Below, piece by piece: positions 33,636-46,105 of a stretch of 64,000 nucleotides of DNA. Numbering within the stretch: the stretch's first letter is position 1; each line of letters opens with the position of its first letter. The translations under genes and the position numbers were made by a program. Location of the stretch: NCBI GenBank assembly GCA_029953675.1, contig JAMWBK010000006.1, positions 868,001-932,000 on the forward strand, given 5' to 3'. Origin of the DNA: Rhodosorus marinus CCMP1338. Taxonomy: Eukaryota; Plantae; Rhodophyta. The notes beneath the pieces were generated by a model that had not been told where the DNA came from, did not search any database, and was given only the letters and a program-made list of their open reading frames with translations.

Positions 33636-36003
33636 CTAGTAGGGATCGTAATCGAGGTCCAAGAACTCAGATTGGTCTCCTAGGTCTTCTACCTCGCCGC
33701 GACCTTGCATCTCCTTAAACTTCTCGAACGCGGCATCGTACTGGAGCGGCTCTCCAAGAATAGGATCAGGGCTGAACCAGACTTTTCCACTGAAGGATCT
33801 GTCCGGCTCAAGTTGCAGCAAGACGATTCTATTTCTGCCCTCGTTGAGTATATCGCTTGGCACGAACAAAGTCTGCTCCGGACCCTTGTACGCCCAGAAA
33901 CGTCCTAAGGGGAATCCATTGACCCACACCAGTCCATGACCTTCTATTTTCAAAAACGCGCAGTGAAGGTATGGAATTCCTTTCGGTATGACGAACGACC
34001 CACGGAAAAACATTGGCGTTCGCCAGTTGCCGGATTTCAAGCTTGAGCTAATCAACATATTCGAAACGTCCTTGATTACGGTGCGGTTCAGTACATCTGG
34101 CCACAGCTCGTGGCTATTCTCCAAGGATATCCTGTGATGGAACCAGTCGGTGACGACATCCCCATCCAGAGTGACGTCGCCAAGTATCCCTTTCTTATCA
34201 CCCAGAGCGAAACCACCCACGCTTGGTCGGCCCATGTTCTCCACTAGAATGTCCAAGACGTCAGAATCCTTTTCTATTGTCATCTCGTGTGAATCCTCGT
34301 TTCTGGCGAAGATTTCTTCCGTGTTACCGTTGAGGATGACATAGGCTCGGTCTCCCACTCCCTCTATGATAAGCTTTCCTGTTCTCTTCTCGTCCTTCGC
34401 GAAAACATGTCGATACAGAACGAAGCCAAGGCTTGCTCCATTGACTCGCTCCATATGGAGTGGATGCTCACTTCTCACAGGCTCATAAGGGCTTGCGACA
34501 TCCAATACATCCAGGAGCGGCGCGTGGTGCTCCAGCTCAAGAACTTTGACGTAATCGCTGGTCGTAATCCTGAATTCTTCAAGGGTTTTTGGCACCCACG
34601 AAAAGCCCTGGGAGGAGAGCACTCCCGCTACGATTTCATACTTAACTCGCCTCAGATTCTTGGTCTCATCAACAATCCCATCATAGTCGTGGCTTGAAAC
34701 ATATGGGTAGTGCTTTTGAGTCTTGGAATCAATCAGGGCCCCGTTATACATCCCAAAGGTTGAACCGCCAGCAAACATGTGCACATTCAAGCTCGCGCGA
34801 AGCACGACAACCTCCTGTATCATGCGGAGGACGTCTGAGTTCTCTCGTGTGAAGTGCACCACATCCCCCCACTTGTCACAGTCTCCTATGTTCAATTCGG
34901 CTGCGAATAGTGGTCCTGTGGGTTGCACAGTCCGCAATTTCCGAAAGCTTTCCACCGTATCCTTTCGGACGGATATAGATTTCAATACGCCAGGAACTGG
35001 GGCTGTGTTTTGAACGCCATCCGGCGTATCCAACGTGAAGAACAGCTGGCTTTCAAATCCTCGCTTAACCCAAGTAGTTTTCAGGTAGGAGACGTACTCC
35101 GGAGAATCTCCGAAGCTCCCAAGATTGTGCTCCAGCTGCATAGCAATGAGAGGTCGGCCTTGCGCGAAAGGACGAACCTTTTCTGCCAGGGCGTTGTGGA
35201 AGCGATCAACCCTATCTAAAAATGCGGCGTTGTAATCTCTTACCCGCATCTCCCGATCGTCATACAAAAGCCAGCCTGGATCATAGATGTTCGTGAGGAA
35301 TGGGCACTGTGGTTAGCCAGCTCGCGCCTGCTTCGGAAGAGCACAAATTTACCCCCACTACGAAGTGTCTTCTGCCCTTTGAATGTTGCTGCTACATACC
35401 TGGAAGACCTCCAAAGTCCAATTCAGCGCCAACAAATGGACCAACTTTGAGGATTACCATCAGCCCCGATAGTTTGCATTGTTCCAAAAACTCGGTGATG
35501 TTCAGGAGCCCTTCGAACATGTACTCCCCGGGTTCAGGCTCGTGCATGTTCCAAGGGACTGAAGTTACAATGCTATTGAACCCTGTGGCCTTGGCTTTGT
35601 CCAGCACCCGCTGCCACTCCGTAGGAATCATTCGGAAATAATCCACAGATCCCGAGTACACTCGAAACTCCCTCCCGTTCAGCCGAAATCCCTTCCGATA
35701 ATATGTGAGCTTACGCGGCTTGATAAATTGATCCTCGCCCAAACCTAACCCGACCATGACCCCACTTCTTACATAATAAACATTTACAGCCAGCAGCATA
35801 ATCAGGACCACACCGATTGGCAGCACGTAGTACGCGTTCCTTCTCAACCACTTCATGTAATACTCAAACCCCTCAATCTCAGTCCTCTGTTGATTAGAAT
35901 CTTCATTTTTGGGTGGCAACATAGGTGCCTCCGGGATCCCATTGGCCTCTTCCTCCGTCTCCTCCATCAACTCCTCCACTTCCTCACCAGCAGAAGAACC
36001 CAT
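33636..36003 (-). CDS. Type II membrane GH35 beta-galactosidase-like protein
   Basis: Exon 1 from 36003 (acidic N-tail, TM VLPIGVVLIMLLAVNVYY, SGSVDYFR, VPWNMHEP, GPFVGAELDFGGLP); intron to 35276; exon 2 35275-33636 (HMFAGGSTFG, YDGIVDE, LVENMGR, NGFPLGRFW..GPEQTLFVP). Confidence 0.92.
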
Positions 36004-37078
36004 CTCGACTCTCAACCCCGCCCACCCCTCCCCCCCAACCAAAAGTTGATCCTAGTCAACCTGAGCCAAACAAAAAAAAGAAAACGGAAGGAACGCCTTC
36101 TATCATCACTACAGATGAGAGCTACTCTACACTAGACCCCTCACTCTTCCCCAACGCACCATCTCCATCCTCAAACTACTACTTAATGATCCTCTCCTTC
36201 AACTTCACTCCAGAAAACAAACCCAACCTGAAGGACACCCGTTCAAGACCAATATTTTAGAAGAATTCACCGGGACAAATCCGATACACAACAGATGGCC
36301 TTTGATACCCCCCCAAGAACCAGAGCCCATGTCAAAGGTGTTCTAAAAGTTTCAAAATACAACTAAACCGCACGAACCAGGAAGGACCCCTTTCTTTCCT
36401 GTATCGCTTAATCGCTCGACGTTCACAAAATGGCTAACACGTGTCTTTTTGTTGAAAAGTTTCCAAAAGTCAATGAAATAATTCTTCAATGAATAAAGAA
36501 TGGATATATCTTTAAGCCAATTATATTTTGACATGTGTTTTTATTGTCGAATGAGGATTAGAAGAGCGGTGATATAGACTGGGATCAATCGTTTATCAAC
36601 GCTGTTAGAGTTGTTGATGGAAGGGTTGAGTGTGATGGATGTGGATCCGGCCCCCTCGTGGGGGGTTCTCAGCTTCCAGTGAGCGCTCTTCGACTATTAT
36701 TACAATAGGCTCTGATGGATTGAAAGCCAGGACGACTTCTTAGAATGAAGAGGTTTTTTGCCCTCGTGGAATACCTGCTTCGCAATGTCATAGGCAGCTG
36801 CGCTCTCGAGTCATGCTTGGTTTTCTGTTGTCCTTTAGTGATTCGTGCGTTTAACGAAACGCAAGCCTCAAGGCCCTTCTCGAACCTCTACCCAGCGCGC
36901 GAGAACACGCGGCGAGATCGATGCTGACTAAACGATCGACTTCAAGGATATGTTTAATTGATTTCGAAGCAACAAACCTTTGGCGACTGATGAGCCACTC
37001 CCCTCTTCTACCATCCCTTTTCTGCTTCCCTGTAACTAGCGTGCAGCATTGAGCTTGAATCTTCAACATCAATTCAGC

Positions 37079-38356
37079 TTACGGAGAATCTATCCTCTTT
37101 ATCCAATCCGCTTTCTCGTTCAGTTTGTCCAAAAGTCGAGTCCCAAGCGCTGTCGCTGGAGTGTAGAATCCACCCACCAGCGAATGCGCTGGGATCGACT
37201 GCTTCTCAAGAGCGAGCAACATACCTGCCTCTGCTAATATCCGAGAGGTCTCCCCAAATCCTGGATCCAGGGTGTTGATCTCAGTGAAGAGTGTTCGCGG
37301 TTCAGCTTCATCCGTTTTCGCAATCTGTACGACCCTTGCACTTCCCCGTTCAATGGCCTTGTCATCCGGCTTAAAACCCATGTTCGTGATCAAGTTGAAT
37401 ACTTTCTCGTTCAAGGTCTTATTCGCAAGCAGCTTCTGAGCGGTATTCAGGATCCCAGTCAGTATTCCGCATAGAGTGTACGCACCCACCTTGCTCTGGA
37501 TACCCGAAAACTCCTTGTACAAAAACCGTCCTGAACAGTAGGCGTCGCTTCCATTGAGTTTAACGGACTCTGTTGGTGTTGCACTGGCAAATATGCTTGC
37601 CGATCTCCGAACAACTCTAGTGTTTGCATAGCCCAACATGAACGGGATTCCGTACATGCCGAGCTCCGGGATGTACTCGGGCTGGTAATGCCAGTCAGGA
37701 AAGTATTCTGTGACTTTCTCTGGCTCTGGATTGGGATAGTCCTTTTGAAGTCCGTAGGGATCCAAAGAGGAGGGCTCGGCGAAAAGCTTCACAATGCTTG
37801 CCACTGACCCTGAACCAGCGGTACCATCAAATTTTGTAAAAACAGATGTTACTTCTGAAACACCGCACTTAAAATTTCTCTTTGCCTCTTCAACGAGGAA
37901 CAGGGTTCCCAAATCCGAAGGAACGCTGTCAAAACCACATGTAGGAATAAGGGTAACGTTGTTCGTCTTTGCCAGTTTTCCATACTTTTCGATCATGCGG
38001 ACCATGAACTGGGGCTCCCCATTAATATCCAAATAATCTGCATTGTGCTCTATGCATGCCTTTACGAGCGGCTCTCCTAACACCTCGTACGGTCCAACAG
38101 TCGTCATAACAACTTTCGCTGCTTTGGCCACGTTATCAATCGTCTCACCAGAACCAACGACAATTCCTACGTCCACAGGCTCTCCCCCCTCAACAGACCC
38201 CTTCAAGCCTTCCACTATCTGTTCCAGCTTTCCTTGGCTCCTCCCGGCGATAGCCCATTTCAGCCCGGGACGTGCATTACGATACAAATACTCAGCGACC
38301 TTCTTCCCAACCGAACCCGTAGCTCCGTAAATCAGCAAATCATACTGCTTCTCCAT
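37079..38356 (-). CDS. Saccharopine dehydrogenase-like oxidoreductase, copy 1
   Basis: Intronless 425 aa. YDLLIYGATGSVG, WAIAGRS, VGPY, YLDINGE, CGFDSVPSDLG, DPGFGETS, GGFYTPATALG. Confidence 0.9.
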   Translation of the reverse strand: MEKQYDLLIYGATGSVGKKVAEYLYRNARPGLKWAIAGRSQGKLEQIVEGLKGSVEGGEPVDVGIVVGSGETIDNVAKAAKVVMTTVGPYEVLGEPLVKACIEHNADYLDINGEPQFMVRMIEKYGKLAKTNNVTLIPTCGFDSVPSDLGTLFLVEEAKRNFKCGVSEVTSVFTKFDGTAGSGSVASIVKLFAEPSSLDPYGLQKDYPNPEPEKVTEYFPDWHYQPEYIPELGMYGIPFMLGYANTRVVRRSASIFASATPTESVKLNGSDAYCSGRFLYKEFSGIQSKVGAYTLCGILTGILNTAQKLLANKTLNEKVFNLITNMGFKPDDKAIERGSARVVQIAKTDEAEPRTLFTEINTLDPGFGETSRILAEAGMLLALEKQSIPAHSLVGGFYTPATALGTRLLDKLNEKADWIKRIDSP

Positions 38357-38619
38357 CGCACCGACTATCAGTAGCCCTCAAGTAGCCTCCCTCCTTAACT
38401 TGCAACTTCCAGAATGACCCAACCTCACGAAAAACAACATCCAGCCACGCACACGATGGTTTGGGGTCTGGTTCCCCACAGCAAGTCTCCCAACCCAATG
38501 GAGTGCGTACTTATATCCTATCTCCCCCCCCCCGCTCCGAACTCTGTATCCAAAACAATCCATCGCTTTGGGGAATGCCCTTGCAACCAGAAAGACAAAA
38601 AAAACAGTTTGCTAGGCTC

Positions 38620-38657
38620 CAAATCGTACCCAAAGCTTCAAATCGTACCCAAAGCTT
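38620..38657. repeat. Perfect 19-nt tandem duplication upstream of SCCPDH-like copy 1
   Basis: caaatcgtacccaaagctt occurs twice in tandem. Confidence 0.9.
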
Positions 38658-40459
38658 CTGCTTTGCCGTCACCGTGATCCCAGCTGACAGCAACGGAAAA
38701 ATTTGAGAAGTATTGAGCAAAGGGTGGGTTAGTTTGCCAAGTTTATCGAAAATATGTCTTGAAGATCTTTTTAATAGTATCAGTAAAAAAATCGACCAGA
38801 CCCCTTACTTAATTAAATCTTTGTGTTTATGCGAAAGTAAAAGAATCACGTTTTGGCATTGCTGTGGTTTGCGTAGGCCAGAAATATGAATTTCCGATGA
38901 TTTTGTTGGCTTTTGTTTGGTGGTTTACGCTTTCCGATCTGCTGGTTGGAGATGGCTCTGTGCACAAGTTGTTTCCAAAGAAGCTTAGAGCTTCAGACTA
39001 GGAGAGGCCGGTTTTCTGTCGATCGTGATTGATTTGGAGGATCTCGGTTTTTTTTCAACGCGAAGACAAACACGACGTTTGTGAATTGGTCACTGCGTGC
39101 GATCGCCAGGAATGATTTCGTAAGAGCTGTGTGGTTGGGATTGTCACTGGAAATAGAGCAGTTGCTCAAACAGTTCGATCGATCCGATGGTCTAATAGAG
39201 ACGTCGACGGGACAGGGAAAATTTTTTGTCGTACAGGCTCGTCTGTACCTGCTCGACGAGCGGTATCACAGAAACGCACCGCGAAGGACGATCTTGCGTG
39301 AAGCGTACAACAAGATGATCTTCGAGGCTGTCGAATAGAAGCCCACCAGTCCATAACCAATGCCCCAGTCTATCCAGCCTGCGCTCCGACCTGTCTTCAC
39401 TTCTAGCCCATCGCCTACTTGAGGAGCTCCAACACTGGATGAGATGCCAGTTTCTAATCAAGGTTCTTTTCGGATGTGGCTGCAAGCAATGCTTGAAAAG
39501 CGGATTGGATACACGCATCGTTGACATGAGCAAATGATAGTTTTGAACTTCACAGCAAACATCTACCCAGACGGCAGCTACTGTCCAACTCGCAACTCTT
39601 CAGAATAGTGTCACAAACAGGCGAGCACATACTTGATGTGTACCATTGACGAGGCTTTTGTAACTTTCAAATGCAAACTCTCATTTTTCATTTTTCATTT
39701 TGGCAAACCCGCTAAGCAAGGATACTTGTAAGCCTGTACTAATTTACTATCCGGCTGAGCAAAACCGCACGGCACTCACCCCCAAAAACTGGGGGGGCCA
39801 AACCTGGCTAAAGAAAAAAGTATCCGGTCGTCCAGCTGCGGGTCTTGAGGGGCCTGGCCTATCCGCAGATATGCACCGGGCGTGGTAATCATCGCAGAGC
39901 ATTGAAGTCAACAGTATCGCACGCCGAGATCTAGCTCAGCCGTAAGCTTGCTTGATGGTTAGTCGGAGGTGTGCGCCTTGAAATCGTGCGTTCTCAGCGG
40001 AATTGGTGGGCTCAGAAAAAATATTTTTCTCTGTCTCGTGGAAGTGGCGGGCGCCTGGTTAGTTTTGAGGATGTAGTCTGTGCTCCCCTTCCGATGCTTC
40101 GGAAAACGTGGTACAGAGCATGAAACGTATGCAGGTGAAAGTCTTGCACAAGCAGTAGCGCTCCCCCTTCCTTCAGATTGGTTTTGTTAAATTTTCATTC
40201 AGCGGTGGTGTGGTTTGACCTCGCCCCCTAACCGGGCACAACAACTCCAGCTTAAACCATTCCTGTCTTTTGACTTCATTGAAGACATCCTTTTTATTAA
40301 GAAACCCTTTTACCGGGGGTGGCATCGCTACCATGACGCGAACATGTAGCATGTACAACACCTAGAGCGGACACGCTAGCTCTTCAAAGCACTGCTTCAT
40401 ACAAAAGATGATGAGCTTCGAGTTTTGTCCTCGACTCTATCGGGCCAGTGATGAAGGAA

Positions 40460-41845
40460 TTACTTCACTCTCTTTATCCAATCCGCCTTCTCGTTTAGCC
40501 TTTCCAGGAGCCGTGTCCCGAGCCCAGTTGCGGGAGTATAGAATCCACCCCCCAGTGCATGAGCTGGGAGCTCCTTTTTCTCGAGAGCAACCATCATACT
40601 TGCCTCAGCTAACAATCTTGAGGTCTCCCCGTAGCCTGGATCCAACATGTTGATCTCGGCAATGAGCGTGCGTGGCTGGGCCTCATCCGTTTTCCCGACG
40701 AGGGTGAACTTGGACCTTCCCCCTTCGACCATTTCCTCCTTCGGCTTCCAGCTGTTGTTCATAATTCCTTTGTAGAGCATGTCGCGTAGGGTCGAGCTCT
40801 TAAGTGCCAAGCCAATACCCACAAACAATCCGCCAACGATTGCAGATCCAACATAGGCGGACGTTTTGCTCTTCAAACCGAGGAACTCCTTATACTGAAA
40901 CCTTGATGAACAGTAGGCGTCGCTTCCATTAATCTTGATGGACTGAGTGGGTCTTTCACTGGCAAAAATAGAAGCCGACCTTCTGACAACCCGGCAGTTC
41001 ACAGGCGATAGGAAGAAGGGTATTCCGTACATGTCGATTTCCGGGACATGCTGAACTCCAAAAAGATCTGGAAAGGATTCAGTTACCTTCTCTGGCTCTG
41101 GATAGTCTTTTTGAAGTCCGTAGGGATCCAAAGAATCGGGATCACCTCCGGCACGAACAATGCTCGCGATCGTGCCTGAACCAAGACCTCCCCGTGCTTC
41201 CTCTACAACAGTGGTTACCCCTGAAAGACCACACTGGAATTCTTTCTTTGCCTCTTCCACGAGGAACAGAACTCCAAGATCCGAAGGGATGCTGTCAAAC
41301 CCACATCCGTGGAGAACAGTCACATTGTTCTCCTCCGCCTGCTTTCCATACGTTTCGATCATCCGCCGCATGAAATTAGGTTCTCCAGTCAGGTCCAAGT
41401 AGTCTGCTTTATTCTCAACACACGCCTTCACAAGCGGTTTTCCAAACTCGCTGTAGGGCCCCGCTGTCGTTGCCACGACCCTAGCCGCCTTCGCCACCTC
41501 ATCACTCGTGTCCCCACTTCCAACCACAATCCCAATATCCAGGGCCTCGCCTCCTTCAACAGAACCCCTCAGTTCCTCCCTCACATGCTCCAACTTCTCC
41601 AAGCTTCTCCCTGCTATCCCCCATTTCAGCTCTGGAGGCGCGTTCTTCAACAGATACTGCGCCGTTCTCTTCCCAGTAGCTCCCGTTGCTCCATAAACCA
41701 GCAAATCATACGGTTTCCCTCCTTCGCTCATCTTCGCGACGCTCCTCGTACTTAGACTCCTCCGAAACGCAAACAACCCACCAGCGCTCACAAACCCAGC
41801 CCCGTTGATGGTGATGGCCTTGTTCATATCTAACTTCGCCTCCAT
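40460..41845 (-). CDS. Saccharopine dehydrogenase-like oxidoreductase, copy 2
   Basis: Intronless paralogue of copy 1: YDLLVYGATGATG, CGFDSIPSDLG, DPGYGETS. The core starts at ATG 41731; in-frame ATGs at 41845 and 41827 add an extension. Confidence 0.9.
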   Translation of the reverse strand: MEAKLDMNKAITINGAGFVSAGGLFAFRRSLSTRSVAKMSEGGKPYDLLVYGATGATGKRTAQYLLKNAPPELKWGIAGRSLEKLEHVREELRGSVEGGEALDIGIVVGSGDTSDEVAKAARVVATTAGPYSEFGKPLVKACVENKADYLDLTGEPNFMRRMIETYGKQAEENNVTVLHGCGFDSIPSDLGVLFLVEEAKKEFQCGLSGVTTVVEEARGGLGSGTIASIVRAGGDPDSLDPYGLQKDYPEPEKVTESFPDLFGVQHVPEIDMYGIPFFLSPVNCRVVRRSASIFASERPTQSIKINGSDAYCSSRFQYKEFLGLKSKTSAYVGSAIVGGLFVGIGLALKSSTLRDMLYKGIMNNSWKPKEEMVEGGRSKFTLVGKTDEAQPRTLIAEINMLDPGYGETSRLLAEASMMVALEKKELPAHALGGGFYTPATGLGTRLLERLNEKADWIKRVK

Positions 41846-42462
41846 CAGCGGAACAGGTCAGCAGAAAGGTCGTCCAACCCCAACGCTCTATGCTTCGCTG
41901 TTTCCACGGCAAGCCCGCAGACAAAAAAAACCCTGGGCGTTCAGAACGCCAGCCGGTTGATGAACCATAGGGTCGGAGGCATTTCCGAAAGCAGGCTATC
42001 AACCCGCCAGCTAGGTTGCTGCAAAAGAGGCCACGAAGTCAACGGATGACCCGCATCCTCACACGCCTTTGAAGGTAGCTTACAATAGTCATCAAAAGAG
42101 TGCGGAAGATTGAGACTGCTCGCTTCGAAAGCGATCGTTGGTGATCTGCTTATGTCCATCGCCCAGGAGCGGCAGTAACGAGGGAACTGGAGCAGTTGAG
42201 GAGGACGTTGGGAATGCTATAGACCTGAGAGGAAGGAAGTGTCGTTTTCGAGAAGTGATACCACATCCCCGAACAAGTTTTCTGGCTGATTATAAGGGCT
42301 GGAGCAGACTTACATGTCTACTGTCCAACTGGGCAGAACGGTCGGTCTGCTTCTGGAGTCATCGAGGCGTTTGCTGACCATGACGAGGATTGCTCTCAGC
42401 TCGGATTGATCCGAGCGAGTCAAGGCGACGGGCGTGTTCCGTTTGGCCACGGGCGCCACCGG

Positions 42463-44938
42463 ATGAATCTTCAAGGCAGTCGAATACTGGGCTTTCTTCT
42501 GCCTGGAGCTGGTGCCAGGCATCGATCACCAGCTCGGTTCAGAAGGTGGCTTTGTACGCGCGCAGAGAACTTTCAGCCAACGGAGGAGGTTCTAGATCAT
42601 GCAGTTAGGCATAGGACCAGACACATGGCGGTGGTTCTTGACCAGGTCTCCAACTTGAGAAATTTGGGATCCGTCTGTCGATCATGCGACGCGAACGGGG
42701 TACAAGATCTGCACATCATTCCGAAGAGGAGTGCAGGTGAGGCTCCGCTCACCACCGGCTGAGCAAGCCTTCTCAGAGTCAGCACCGCCTCAGCGACTTC
42801 TGCTGCTCAGTTGATTTCGGGTTTGTATTTACACAGGACAGAGCGAGGAGGAAGCTTTGGATCGTTCGAACAAGAAGTGGGCCTCGCAAGACTTCAACAA
42901 GATATCCAGAGGTGTTGACGCGTATCTATCAGTACACAGACATCTCAACGCAGAAGAGTGTGCTCAGGAGCTACGAGATCTTGGCTACAAAATTTATGCA
43001 TCCTCACTACACCATGAAGCCGTTGACCTAGATCAGGTTCCTTTGGGCGAACCTCTTGCGTTGGTATTCGGCAACGAGCGCACAGGAGTCAGCGATGAGT
43101 TTCTGAGTCTTGCAGATGGGTACTGTTCGGGCGCCACGCCGAGAAGAGAAAAGCAGAACCGCGGGTTTCATGGAGCTAAGGAGTTGGTCTGAGAATCTTC
43201 GATCTTCGTTCTAATTCCAGGTACTTTCGAATCCCAATGATGGGTCTCGTGGAGAGCTTTAACATTGCCGTAGCAGCCGCAGTCTCGATGGATTCTGTCA
43301 TCTCACGAGCCAGAGTTCAGCTTCCGGCTGAGAGCTTCTATCTCAGCTCGCACGAGCAGAACGTGCTCCTCCAGAAATGGACAGATCCCCATACGCTTGG
43401 ACATCAGAGAAAGGTGTGGTATCTCAGCTACCTCTTGGCTAATTCACTCCACATAGTGCTTGTTTACCAAGATAAGGGGACTGTTTTCTGCGCCAGGTTG
43501 TACAGCTTCTGCGCCCTCAGCTGACTTCCTTTGGACTAACCGAGGAGAAGCAGATGGCATCGCAAGGACTGTTCATGCGAAATAATGCCAACAATTCTTC
43601 CAGTTTGGATCTGAAGCAGTTGATGCTTCTAAACCAAGGCCCCGGGGTGAACCTGAACAGAAAGTTCCACAGAGCCAAGTTCGGAATCATTCACGATAGA
43701 GATCTCGGCCGTTCTCAACTGACCTTCCTTAAAACCCTCGTTGGTATGTCCACTGGATGGCTCACTGTGAAAATTCCTCGTTTTGCTGAGTTTCACAGCC
43801 TTCTGGTGTCTTCTCCAGGTCCATCCACACTGCTAACTTCGCGAACGACGGGTCTCCCCGTCGATGTTTTAAAGCCCGGCTTTGAGCGGGTGGTGAACTT
43901 TATCATCGACCAATTCTCAATGCGTGAGAGCAACGCGGACGATATCCTCGATGATCGACTGGAGGAGGTGAGCTCGAATTCAGCTTCACAGCGATGTTGC
44001 ATATCTTCAAAGAATAGCTGATGGCATTCACTTCACTTCCGTCAGACCCGACAAGCTGTGACTGAGGGATTCAAGACAGTCGCCGAGTTCGTTTACGGAC
44101 GTGAACTGGAAACCGACCACATTGAAGAGAAGATGGAGGAGGTGCTGTCAAAGGCGGTGTTCTCTGATATCCTCCGAGTCTTTTGCTCAGTCATTGGCAT
44201 CGCTCTTGATGACCTTCGAACAATCTTGGGAAGCATGCCACAGAGTGAAAACCCCACCCCTTTCGCGTAAGTCGTGGAGTTCACGTTCTCCTCAAGCCGG
44301 GTACCCGCTACAAGCTCTGTAGTGAACGGATAGTCCCCTTCGTGGGTTTGCTCGAATGGCAGGTCAATATTTGATGAAATTTTACAGCGTTTCGGAAAAG
44401 AAATTGATGGAAAAGGGCCAAACTTGATGTCCGAGCTCTTCAACGGTCCAGGTAAGATGGCCCCTGGCCCAGATCAGCACGCCGTTACCGTCACCTCTGA
44501 CCATACTGTTCCGCGATAGCGTTTCAATTTGAACGAAGGAGCCAACTTTCCGACCAGCAGCTTGTCCAACTTGAAGTATTGCTCAGATTTCACCACGACG
44601 CGTTTATTGCATACGAAATTCTTTCTCAGCGCAACTTGAAGGACTTCAAGCTTAGCGATGAAACCAAGATGCGAATCACTTGTTCCAGAACAATGCCGTA
44701 TGAGGTATCATAGTCAATTGTTTCTCGTTGATCCATCTACTACTTATTATTTTGCCTAACGCTCGAATCGTTTGCTTCCTTCAAGTGTATGATCGTCAAC
44801 GCCTTCCAAGAGACACTACCAGAGGATCAATGTACAGACGAGCAAGGCCAAGTGCAGCGGAGCGGATTGGCCAATGCTCTATTCGAAATACTGACAGAGC
44901 TCTCTGAGCTGAAAATATCAACGCGGAGGAGGAGATGA
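42463..44938 (+). CDS. SpoU/TrmH-family tRNA/rRNA 2'-O-methyltransferase with presequence and probable long C-terminal extension
   Basis: SPOUT motifs VVLDQVSNLRNLGSVCRS, LVFGNERTGVS and RIPMMGLVESFNIAVAAAV (exons 42463-42736, 42837-43119, 43221-43413). Intron 43414-43505 links in frame to ORF 43554 and later exons ending at TGA 44936-44938. The SPOUT part is secure; the extension is less so. Confidence 0.75.
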
Positions 44939-45025
44939 GCTCACTTACTTTGATACCCGAAGACAACCACGAACCGAACACAGCGTGCTCTGCTCACCGC
45001 GGTAGAGGACGTGGCGACCAGGCTT

Positions 45026-45778
45026 TCACTCGTTTTCGGATTCAGCCTGTTCGGCTTCCTTAGCAGGCTCGAACGTCATGGTTACCGAGTTGACACAGTA
45101 GCGAAGTCCGGTTTTTGTTTTGTCGGGAAAGTGATGCCCAAGATGCGCCTGGCACTAGGAATTTTGAACCGCAGTAGGAAACTAACTTTTTAGGACTATT
45201 CTCGTCTTCAACAGGGAAGAGATTAAATAGAGAATCATGACCCCTTACTTTTGAACAGAGAATCTCAATCCGAAACATGTGGTGCGAAAGATCTAGCTTG
45301 TCCGTCACGGCTTCTTCAACGACCGGTGCTGTGAACCTAAGGAGCGCGGTTCGGTTAGTCGGTGGTCACAGTTTACTCGGAAGAGACAAGGAACTGGACT
45401 TACGATGGCCAGCCGGTGCCCGAATCAAACTTGTCCTCGGAGCTGAACAATGTAGAGCCGCAGCATCTAATCACAAACGTTGCAGAAGGGATGATAAAAC
45501 CCAAATCCAAAACGACATCTGCCCAGTTTCAGGGTGACCTAACTATGCCCGTAGGGGTTTTGCAAAGAATCATAGACTTACTTGCAGTGATAAGAGCCTG
45601 ACCGCTTCTCATTCCATAGATTCCCGGTGAACGCCTTCTCCGTTCCCCCAAGCCTTGCAACACGGTACTCCTCTTCCGTCAGCTTCTCTTTGTACGGATC
45701 GGAATCCGCAAGCCTACAAATCCGAACTGATCGAGCCGGCCTAAAACGTAGACCAGGCAAAACAGAGAACGCCATCAT
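45026..45778 (-). CDS. msrB: Plastid-targeted peptide methionine sulfoxide reductase B (Cys type)
   Basis: MMAFSV transit peptide, four exons. [54 protein letters not shown]. Confidence 0.93.
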
Positions 45779-46105
45779 GTAGTCTTCTTAACGCCGCAAC
45801 TACACACTCTTCTCCCTATACTCCGTCTTTACGCTAGCCGAGCTTGATACAGTTGCACCTCACGCAATAGACTATGCAATGGATATTGAGATCGGATTTG
45901 GATGGAAGCCCAAATTGGCTGTGGACAGGGGGTAACTCTTTCCTTCTCTTTTTAGATTCTTCTTGAGACTTGATGTGGATGTAAATGTGCACAGGACCTG
46001 GTGTTCGCTGGTCCACAAGAACAAGACGGCGCCTTTTCTTGCGAGGTTGCAGATACAAAAGCGACACCAAGTTTTAAGAAAATAACCGAACTTTTTATTT
46101 GTTAA

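Noticed and set aside
39081-39533. ORFs between the two SCCPDH-like genes
   Set aside because: No motifs and no consistent exon chain on either strand.
44455-44466. ATGGCCCCTG match to U6 snRNA
   Set aside because: Isolated 10-mer inside a predicted intron; no ACAGAGA box or other U6 sequence.
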